Positions 47,674 to 54,954 of a DNA stretch of 54,954 nt are shown one piece after another (positions within the stretch are counted from its first letter, which is position 1; every line of letters begins with the position of its first letter). Under the pieces are notes generated by a model. It was not told where the DNA came from. It ran no database searches and saw nothing but the letters and a program-made list of their open reading frames with translations. Origin of the DNA: Oscillospiraceae bacterium (GTDB taxonomy: Bacteria > Bacillota > Clostridia > Oscillospirales > QAMX01); assembly GCA_015068345.1 (NCBI GenBank), contig SVKS01000005.1, positions 1 through 54,954 on the forward strand. The letters are read 5' to 3'. The translations under genes and the position numbers were made by a program.

Positions 47674-49650
47674 TCAGCCTTGCTCGGCAACGTAAAGAGA
47701 GACACGGTTTTGAATATATGCCACTGCCTGTTCCAGGGTAATATCCCCGGCAAAATAGCGCACAGCTTCCTCCATGATCAAATCCCTCACCGCCTGGTGA
47801 CTCAGCCCGGCAAAATAGTTTGCCGATTCGTAAAGTCGAAGACCCTCCTGATAGGATTCCCGGATTTCGTTTTCGTCCCGTCCGGCTTTAACTGCTTCCT
47901 TGGTTGCTCTTTCCATCTCTTCCTCCAGAACCCTTCGGTTTGTGGGAAGTCCCCAGAATTTTCTTTCCATGGAATCTCTTTGGGTCTCCTCCGAAAGAAG
48001 CCAGGTCAAAAACTCACCGGCACTGACCTTCACCCGGCTTTGCCGGACGATTGCCAGGAACTGCTCCGAATCCATGGCAAGCGCGTATCCCTTTTGATTG
48101 GGTACGGGCATCAGCGTTGCCGCTACTCCGTGTTCAGTTCTGGCCCGCCCGGTATCGGGATCCAGGAAACGCTGCGTCAACTCCAGATCCTCAATTCTCC
48201 ATGTACGCTGGCATGGCCAGAAAATACCAAAATCCCCGTTTTGCTCCTGCCACAGAAATACCTCGTCGATATTATCGGGGGCCTCATTGCAAAACTCCAA
48301 CACAGAGGCAAAGTCGGGATCGTCAAAAGAACAGGTGGCATTTTCTTCATCGATCCAGGAGGAAACAGCAATATCGATCATGTTTCCCAGAATGATATCT
48401 TTGGTACCCATCTTTTGAAAGAAGAGTCCATCCTCCCGGTTCAACATCACGATCAGATCCTGCATGGATTCAAATCTGCCATCCACCTCATCCGCAAGAC
48501 TTTTGGGTATCTGCATTCCACAAATCCGCACGAGATCGGGAATCATATAGATTTTGCCATTCACCCTGCCGGCTTCCACCACGTTTTCCATAAGCTCCCC
48601 AGAGGAGAGAATTTCCCCAATGATGTTTTCCAGTGGTTCCAGAACTCCCCTTTTTGCGTAATTTCGGATAAAAGCAGCATCATACCCAACCACCATATCC
48701 ACGTCACCGGAGAGAATGGCCAGATTGAGCTGGGCCCGTTCTTCAAAAACGCGGATTTCCACGTTTCCGGCGGTCTGCATGTTATATAAAGAAACCTGTT
48801 CTTCAAATATGGGGGGAGCCCCAAGCAAACAGCCAACCACCACCGTTCCGTAACCCTCTCCGGTCTTGATGGGCAGGACATCCACCGATTCCCCGAAGAA
48901 AAACAGCCCCTTGAGGGTGAGAACCAGAATACCGTCCTCCACGGCGACAAGCTGACGGATGCCCGAAAGGTTGACGCCGTAATGGGTCAGATTTCCAAGC
49001 TCCTGCACAGTCTTCCCATCGGTGCGACAGAGCACCGATGCCACAACGTAGTAGTTCCACTGCCCATCGCTTACCACGGGCAGATCGTCCAGCGTTACCC
49101 CCTTCAGAAGGATTTCATCCCCAATTCCGCTTACTCTGTCGGTAACTCCAAGGGGAAAGATCACACTTTCCCGGTATTCCACCGTTTCCCCCGTATCATC
49201 ATAGGCAAGCCGGTTGACAACCAGATAATCGGTTCCATCCAACTTCCAGTAACCCAGCTTGGGATCCAAATCCATGATCATGTAGGGATCGACTGACCGT
49301 CCGATGCCATCCTCCATCTTGATCAACGTGTTCATTCTGTGGTCAAGCTGGTATTCCCCCAGGCAATCCAAAGCAGAGGCTTCGGTCTCTTCCCAATCGG
49401 TAGCCGGCATGTAGTTATCCCCCAGGGTACATACCCCCAGGTCGGAAAAGAGTCGAAGTGCCCCCTCCTCCTTTTCCATACCCAAAAGGTAACCGTCCTG
49501 CAGCTCATATACAAGCCTCCCCCCAAAGGGATGACTCTCGGCCTTGTTTTGCCGCAGCTTCAGTTTGGGGCGATCATCATCTGTGCCACATCCAGCAAAC
49601 AGGAAAAGACAGATTAGTAAAACAACAGAAGTCCAAAACAATCGCTTCAT
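47674..49650 (-). CDS. Lipoprotein with C-terminal extracellular solute-binding-protein-like domain
   Basis: Lipobox LFAGC. C-terminal half resembles carbohydrate SBPs (LNLAILSG..D, GKIY.IP, A.EFL.WLLSEE.Q, YFAGDITLEQA...IQNRV.LY..E). Promoter TTTACA-17-TAGAAT at 49691-49719. Confidence 0.75.
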   Translation of the reverse strand: MKRLFWTSVVLLICLFLFAGCGTDDDRPKLKLRQNKAESHPFGGRLVYELQDGYLLGMEKEEGALRLFSDLGVCTLGDNYMPATDWEETEASALDCLGEYQLDHRMNTLIKMEDGIGRSVDPYMIMDLDPKLGYWKLDGTDYLVVNRLAYDDTGETVEYRESVIFPLGVTDRVSGIGDEILLKGVTLDDLPVVSDGQWNYYVVASVLCRTDGKTVQELGNLTHYGVNLSGIRQLVAVEDGILVLTLKGLFFFGESVDVLPIKTGEGYGTVVVGCLLGAPPIFEEQVSLYNMQTAGNVEIRVFEERAQLNLAILSGDVDMVVGYDAAFIRNYAKRGVLEPLENIIGEILSSGELMENVVEAGRVNGKIYMIPDLVRICGMQIPKSLADEVDGRFESMQDLIVMLNREDGLFFQKMGTKDIILGNMIDIAVSSWIDEENATCSFDDPDFASVLEFCNEAPDNIDEVFLWQEQNGDFGIFWPCQRTWRIEDLELTQRFLDPDTGRARTEHGVAATLMPVPNQKGYALAMDSEQFLAIVRQSRVKVSAGEFLTWLLSEETQRDSMERKFWGLPTNRRVLEEEMERATKEAVKAGRDENEIRESYQEGLRLYESANYFAGLSHQAVRDLIMEEAVRYFAGDITLEQAVAYIQNRVSLYVAEQG

Positions 49651-49783
49651 AAATTCCATTCCTTTCTTCGGGAAGTTTTGTTATAAACCTATTCTATCAT
49701 TTGCTTCGACTCCTGTAAACAAAGAATTCCGAAAGAATTTCTTAATTTTTCTTAATAATTGGCCCGGTCTTTTGCAATAATTC

Positions 49784-49815
49784 GCCCCCGGTACAGCTTT
49801 TTGCGTACCGGGGGC
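49784..49815 (-). terminator. Hairpin after galT (probable terminator)
   Basis: GCCCCCGGTAC-10 nt-GTACCGGGGGC; weak U tract. Confidence 0.55.
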
Positions 49816-49825
49816 TGATATGTAC

Positions 49826-51331
49826 TTATTTTGCGTTGACGGCGGCGATGAAGCGGTGGAAGGCTTCTTTGCCTTCGGGGGTACGCTTGTAAACACCAGC
49901 GTGCTCCAGAACCTTGGCAAAGACCTTGCCAACCTCTTCCTTGAGGATAACCATGTTCTTTTCCCGGTCATCGGTGTGGCCGTGCTTGGCAAGAATCTCT
50001 TCTGCCCAGTCGGCATGGGCTTCGGTCATTGGGTTAGCACGCAGGTCAGCACCGGTGCACATGGCTTCATTGACGGCATCCAGTTCCCCAACCAATCTGG
50101 CGGGCAAAACCGCAAGACCCATGGCTTCGATCAGGCCGATGTTTTCCTTCTTGATATGATGGAGTTCTGCATGGGGATGGTACACACCAAGAGGATGTTC
50201 TTCGGTGGTGATGTTGTTGCGCAGGATGATATCCAGTTCATACTTGCCGTTCTTGAAGCGGGCAATGGGATTGAGGGTGTTGTGGGCTTCCCCATCGGTT
50301 TCTGCAAAGATGAAGGCGGCTTCGTCGGTGTAACCACGCCAGGTACCCAGAATCTTATCCATCAGATCGGCGATGCGGTCGGTATCTTCGCATCTGAGGC
50401 GAATCACCGACATGGGCCAGTTCACAATACCGGCTTCCACGTCTTCAAAGCCCTTGAAGGTGATGGTTTCTTCCACTTCGGCCTTTTCCATGGCGAAGGT
50501 GTAGTGGCCACCCTGGAAGTGATCGTGGCTGAGAATACTACCGCCCACGATGGGCAGATCGGCATTGGAACCCACAAAGTAGTGGGGGAACAGCTTGACA
50601 AAATCAAAGAGCTTGCCCACGGCAGCCTTTTCGATCTTCATGGGAGTATGCTTGGAATTGAAAACGATGCAATGCTCGTTGTAATAAACGTAGGGGGAAT
50701 ACTGCATGAACCAATCGCTACCATTGATGATAATGGGAATGATACGATGGTTTTGGCGGGCGGCGGCATTGATGCGGCCGGCGTAGCCTTCGTTCTCCTT
50801 GCACAAAGCACACTTGGGATAGCCTGCTTGGGGAGCCAGCTTGGCAGCGGCGATGGCCTTGGGGTCCTTTTCGGGTTTGGAACGGTTGATGGTGATATCC
50901 AGGTCACCGTACTCGGTGGCGGTGGTCCACTTCATGTCCTTCTTAATGCGGTAGGTACGGATATAGTCGGTGGCGCAGGAAAGCTTGTAATAATAATCGG
51001 TAGCCTTTTCGGGGGAATCCTGATAGAGGGCGAAGAACTTGTCATACACCTCGGAGGGACGGGGAGTCAAAGCGCCCATCAGCTTGGTATCAAAGAGGTC
51101 GTGGGCAACGTTACCGGTGTCGCAAAGGCCCTTTTCGATGGCGAAATTGACCAGTGCATCCAGGATTTCTTCCAGGGGCATTTCTTCGGTACATTCCACC
51201 GCTTCGTATTCATCCTCACTCAGAATTTCCAGGAGTCGGTTGATGGCCCAAGTCTTGTCCCGGGCGGCAATCAGTTCATTTTTTTCGGCATACTCCACCA
51301 GTTTGGTGAGATAAAGATTGTAATTTACCAT
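49826..51331 (-). CDS. galT: Galactose-1-phosphate uridylyltransferase (Gram-positive class II)
   Basis: ITINRSKPEKDP, YPKCALC.ENEGY, QYSPYVYYNEHCI, GSNADLPIVGGSILSHDHFQGG, KKENIGLIEAMG. Promoter TTGACA-16-TATAAT at 51366-51393. Confidence 0.95.
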   Translation of the reverse strand: MVNYNLYLTKLVEYAEKNELIAARDKTWAINRLLEILSEDEYEAVECTEEMPLEEILDALVNFAIEKGLCDTGNVAHDLFDTKLMGALTPRPSEVYDKFFALYQDSPEKATDYYYKLSCATDYIRTYRIKKDMKWTTATEYGDLDITINRSKPEKDPKAIAAAKLAPQAGYPKCALCKENEGYAGRINAAARQNHRIIPIIINGSDWFMQYSPYVYYNEHCIVFNSKHTPMKIEKAAVGKLFDFVKLFPHYFVGSNADLPIVGGSILSHDHFQGGHYTFAMEKAEVEETITFKGFEDVEAGIVNWPMSVIRLRCEDTDRIADLMDKILGTWRGYTDEAAFIFAETDGEAHNTLNPIARFKNGKYELDIILRNNITTEEHPLGVYHPHAELHHIKKENIGLIEAMGLAVLPARLVGELDAVNEAMCTGADLRANPMTEAHADWAEEILAKHGHTDDREKNMVILKEEVGKVFAKVLEHAGVYKRTPEGKEAFHRFIAAVNAK

Positions 51332-51412
51332 ACGATTCCTTCCTTACCGTTAATCTTCTTATCCTATTATACAACTTTTCCCCGGGTTGTCAATCCTTGT
51401 TCCCGGCTTTCT

Positions 51413-53137
51413 TTACCTTTGTTTTTTCATCTTCAGGTTTGGTCTGAACATAATATCCAACTTGTATTCCAGAAGATCGGTATCCAGTTTATCAAGAATA
51501 CCGCTGACCAGGGGCTTTTCCAGAATATCCTTTCCCATAGTTTCGACAAAGCGGGTAACAAAATCCCGTCCGGGAGACTCGTTTCCACTCAGTTCCATGC
51601 TGTCCTCATCGAAATAGAACCGGAAATAGCGATGAAACGGCGTTTCCAGAAAAGCAATTTCTAAAATCAAAACCAGCCGGCCATCCTCATCCCGACCAAA
51701 GCGACCAAGGGAAGAGATCAGCCATTCTGTCTTACCAAATAATACCCGATTTTCCTCCCCTGCACCAAAGCCTATCGGAATAGTATATTCAATTTCCCCT
51801 TCCGTAGCAATCAACCAAAATTTCCCATCGCTTACACGAAAGGAAAGTTTTGATAGTCCCCCGGTATATTGGTTTTCCAGGATCTGCATCATGCGGGGCA
51901 TAATGCCCAGGGTGGCATCCATCCGGTCGGGTAGATATGCCGTACCATTCAGCTCCCAACATTCAGCAGGGATGGTTTCTTCCTTTTTGAAAAGACGTTT
52001 CCACCAGGGAAGAACCGGTTCCCTATCTCGAAAGGACGCAACCAGCTTTTCCAAATTTGCCGATTCCCAGTGTTCTTTGCTTTCCAAAAAGATTCGTTCG
52101 TAGATTTCAAATACGGGATTGGTTTGAAACAGGTCAGGATTGGAGGCATTCACCGCCACAACCAGCTTTTTTTCTGCATCAATGAACATATTCTGTCCGA
52201 ACATACCATTGAAAAGCCACACCGGGTGTTGACGATGGACCCATATTTGAAAACCATAATCATAGCTTCCGTATTGCTCCCCGGTTCTGACATGCCGTCT
52301 TGTCATCCGTGCGATCCATTTTTCCGAAAGGACACGCTTTCCCATCCAGGTGCCCCGGTTTGCTAACATCAGGCCGATCTTCACCAGATCCTCCGGCAGG
52401 ACATATAGTCCCCATCCGCCCTTTTCGATACCTTCCGGGCTCTTTTCAAAATAGTATTCGGTGATACCCAGTGGCTCGAATAAGCGTTTACCCAGATAAT
52501 CCCCCATACCGCACCCAGCCTTTTCCCGGACGATGGCTGAAAGCATGTAGGTATTCAGGGAGTTGTATTGGAATCCCTTTGTCAGAACTGTACCACCTGC
52601 AAAAAACTCCCGAACCCACTCTTCGGTTACGTTTGCCTCCCCTTCGTTAAAGGCAGCAGCACTTTGCATGGTCAAAAGATCATACACCGACAGATGGCTC
52701 CAGGAAAGACGTTGCAAGGGATTTGTCTTGTCGCGAAGAATATCCACCACCTTTTCATCCACATCAAGTCGGCCTTCATCCCAAAGAAGTCCGATGGCAA
52801 TGGCGGTGATGCTTTTGCATTCCGAAAAGGTTGCTTTCCAAATCCCAGATTTTTGCACACCAAAAGTGGCTTCGCAAAGGATAGAATCCTCCTTTGCCAC
52901 CACAACAGACTCTACGTTTGTTTTTTTGTTTTGATATACTTCATCCAGGAAGGCGGCAATCTGTCCGGAAGATACCTCTTTTTCCTCCGGTTTAACCCGC
53001 GGAATTGCTGTAAAGGTATTCCCCCTTCGAAAGGAGGGTTTTGCCCCGTAAGGCATTATAACAGGCTCACAGGGTTTACGGCGATCGGCCGCCCGGGTCA
53101 GGAGGCCAAGAAGGCGGTTCAGATTGGTCAGACTCAC
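51413..53137 (-). CDS. Serine hydrolase, beta-lactamase/AmpC-like family, with C-terminal extension
   Basis: SxxK (FSECKS), LLTMQS, FQYNS, LFEPLGI, YGFQIW, GMFGQ. Confidence 0.85.
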   Translation of the reverse strand: MSLTNLNRLLGLLTRAADRRKPCEPVIMPYGAKPSFRRGNTFTAIPRVKPEEKEVSSGQIAAFLDEVYQNKKTNVESVVVAKEDSILCEATFGVQKSGIWKATFSECKSITAIAIGLLWDEGRLDVDEKVVDILRDKTNPLQRLSWSHLSVYDLLTMQSAAAFNEGEANVTEEWVREFFAGGTVLTKGFQYNSLNTYMLSAIVREKAGCGMGDYLGKRLFEPLGITEYYFEKSPEGIEKGGWGLYVLPEDLVKIGLMLANRGTWMGKRVLSEKWIARMTRRHVRTGEQYGSYDYGFQIWVHRQHPVWLFNGMFGQNMFIDAEKKLVVAVNASNPDLFQTNPVFEIYERIFLESKEHWESANLEKLVASFRDREPVLPWWKRLFKKEETIPAECWELNGTAYLPDRMDATLGIMPRMMQILENQYTGGLSKLSFRVSDGKFWLIATEGEIEYTIPIGFGAGEENRVLFGKTEWLISSLGRFGRDEDGRLVLILEIAFLETPFHRYFRFYFDEDSMELSGNESPGRDFVTRFVETMGKDILEKPLVSGILDKLDTDLLEYKLDIMFRPNLKMKKQR

Positions 53138-53823
53138 AGGGTCCCCTCCTCCATGATAATACGGTAAATCTCCTGCATTTCCCGGTCAATCACGGCAATA
53201 CGCTCAGCGCAATCCCGAAGCCGTTCCCGAATTTCCAGGGGAACTTCTTCGCTCTGCTTATACTTCAACCGATGCTCCAGGCTGGCCCAAAAGTCCATGG
53301 CAATGGACCGAATTTGAATTTCCACCGGAACCCGTTTCTTTCCCTCTGCCAGAAATACCGGTACCTCCACCACAAGATGCAGACTGCGGTAACCACTTTC
53401 CTTCGGGTTAGTCACGTAATCGCTGCGTTTGATCAACGTAATGTCATCCTGCGTCAGAAGCAAACTTGCAACCCGCTCCACGTCATCCAGATATTGCACA
53501 ATAACACGGACTCCGGCCACGTCGTATAGCTCGCTTCGCATGGATTCGATGTTGACCTCCCGTCCTCTGCGAACCAGTTTTTCGATAATGCTTTGGGGGG
53601 ATTTCAAACGGGACTCAATGTGATGAATGGGATTGTGATCGTGGTGAATCCGGAATTCCTCATCCAATATTTCCAACTTGGTTCGTATTTCCCGAATCCC
53701 CGCTTGATATACCTGCATTTCGGTAAAAAATTCGGCGGTATGCTCTTTAAATCCGGTCTTTTCCAGAAGGGACAGCTGTTCCCCGGTAATACTTTTCTTT
53801 TGCTTTTCTTTCATTTCTGTCAT
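53134..53823 (-). CDS. Small alarmone synthetase (RelP/RelQ-like GTP pyrophosphokinase)
   Basis: SRLKS..SI.EKL, DVAGVR, SGYRSLH, EIQIRS.AMDFWASLEH. Promoter TTGACA-17-TAAAAT at 53849-53877. Confidence 0.93.
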   Translation of the reverse strand: MTEMKEKQKKSITGEQLSLLEKTGFKEHTAEFFTEMQVYQAGIREIRTKLEILDEEFRIHHDHNPIHHIESRLKSPQSIIEKLVRRGREVNIESMRSELYDVAGVRVIVQYLDDVERVASLLLTQDDITLIKRSDYVTNPKESGYRSLHLVVEVPVFLAEGKKRVPVEIQIRSIAMDFWASLEHRLKYKQSEEVPLEIRERLRDCAERIAVIDREMQEIYRIIMEEGTL

Positions 53824-53966
53824 AACCTTTCTCTCCCTCCTACCCTCTATTTTACCCTCTTTCCTTCTGTTTGTCAAAAGGAATTTGTGGGTCTTGTACC
53901 TTGTAAAAAGAAACGATTTATGGTATCATGAAGGAAGATATCACAAAGTGTGAAAGGAATCAATTT

Positions 53967-54236
53967 ATGAAAGCTATCATTTGTGTTACCGGCCACGATT
54001 CAGTGGGTATTATTGCTTCTGTCAGCGCTCTTTGCGCCAAGTACGGTGCTAACATCATCGACATTAACCAGAGCGTTATGGAAGATTATTTCACCATGGT
54101 TATGATGGTAGAAATCGACAAACTGACCATCCCCTTCGCCGAATTCTCCGCCGCCATGAAAGCTCATGGCCAGGAAAAGAGTTTGGATATCCACACCATG
54201 CACGAAGACATTTTTAACTCCATGCACCGCATTTAA
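53967..54236 (+). CDS. ACT domain protein (UPF0237)
   Basis: AII.V.G.D.VGIIA.VS, NIIDI.Q, FTMVM, HEDIF..MHRI. Promoter TTGTAA-17-TATCAT at 53901-53929. Confidence 0.9.
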   Translation: MKAIICVTGHDSVGIIASVSALCAKYGANIIDINQSVMEDYFTMVMMVEIDKLTIPFAEFSAAMKAHGQEKSLDIHTMHEDIFNSMHRI

Positions 54237-54250
54237 GCGAGGATACTCCT

Positions 54251-54954
54251 ATGTTGAATATTTCCGATATCATCGAGACCGTCAATATGATCCGGGATGA
54301 AAACCTGGATATTCGTACCATCACCATGGGAATTTCCCTTTACGACTGCGTCAGCGAAGACCCTGACCGTTTTGCCGATAAGATCTACGATAAAATCACT
54401 CGTTCCGCCGCCCATCTGGTTTCCTGTGGGGAGGAGTTGGAACAGCTTTACGGCATCCCCATCATCAATAAGCGGGTATCCGTGACCCCTATTTCGCTGG
54501 TTGGCGGAGCCTTCACCCCGGATGGATACCTGAAAGCCGCCCGCGCCATGGATCGGGCTGCACGGGAAATTGGCATCAACTTCATCGGTGGTTACGGTGC
54601 CCTGGTCCACAAAGGCAGTACCAAGGGAGCAGATGCCCTGATTGCTTCTCTGCCCGAAGCCCTTTCCACCACCGACCTTGTTTGCTCCTCGGTGAACGTG
54701 GCTACCACCAAAGCCGGCATCAACATGGATGCGGTTGCCCAGATGGGCAAGATTATTAAGGAAACCGCCTGGCTGACCCGTGATCGGGACAGCATTGGCT
54801 GTGCCAAATTCGTCGTCTTTACGAACGTCCCCCAGGACAACCCCTTCATGGCAGGGGCATTCCACGGCGTGGGTGAACCCGAAACCGTCATCAACGTGGG
54901 TGTTTCCGGTCCCGGTGTGGTAGCAAGTGCCATCAACCGGGCAGGCAACTGCAA
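54251..54954 (+). CDS. UPF0210/DUF711 (PFL-like) protein, runs off the window
   Basis: Manual translation: [30 protein letters not shown]...[14 protein letters not shown]...[14 protein letters not shown]...[11 protein letters not shown]. This family is the usual partner of the upstream ACT gene. Confidence 0.92.
   Translation, partial: MLNISDIIETVNMIRDENLDIRTITMGISLYDCVSEDPDRFADKIYDKITRSAAHLVSCGEELEQLYGIPIINKRVSVTPISLVGGAFTPDGYLKAARAMDRAAREIGINFIGGYGALVHKGSTKGADALIASLPEALSTTDLVCSSVNVATTKAGINMDAVAQMGKIIKETAWLTRDRDSIGCAKFVVFTNVPQDNPFMAGAFHGVGEPETVINVGVSGPGVVASAINRAGNC

Noticed and set aside
18983-49815. Intergenic GC-rich inverted repeats as REP/MITE or CRISPR elements
   Set aside because: The sequences are unrelated to one another, occur singly at gene 3' ends and mostly have T tracts, consistent with ordinary terminators. 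No repeat-spacer periodicity was seen.
49820-51664. 614-aa plus-strand ORF antisense to galT
   Set aside because: It shadows a strongly codon-biased real gene and has no motifs or RBS; codon bias depletes antisense stop codons.

Overview
This window is core-chromosome DNA from a spore-forming, Clostridia-like Firmicute (spoIIR, AddAB, Stk1/Stp1, Gram-positive GalT, near-consensus sigmaA promoters). It holds about 50 densely packed CDSs. These include a long minus-strand run (lrp, aminotransferase, DUF362, ispE, spoIIR, addB, addA, GH13, glpP, then stp1 and a Ser/Thr kinase), serCA, two two-component systems, L20 leader-infC-rpmI-rplT, dgt-dnaG-rpoD, rpmE-hflX-yigZ, a SWIM-SNF2 helicase, galT and a small alarmone synthetase. 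A 6S RNA that the ORF track cannot show lies at about 28.3-28.5 kb. I saw no tRNA, rRNA, CRISPR array, integrase or transposase, and no unambiguous new multi-gene system. The best leads are regulatory or pseudo-enzyme signals: (1) a hairpin hiding the spoIIR RBS unless transcription starts at a sigmaF-like promoter inside it; (2) an XRE-S24 repressor with an intact Ser/Lys dyad but Ala-Asp at the autocleavage position, heading a GrpB-GNAT/GNAT module back-to-back with the SNF2 gene; (3) a DUF3267-like membrane protein lacking HExxH, coupled to an ADP-ribosylglycohydrolase; (4) a structured leader on the phosphatase-kinase operon; (5) a sigmaE-like promoter on the 6S RNA. All family calls come from recognising motifs by eye; no searches were run.
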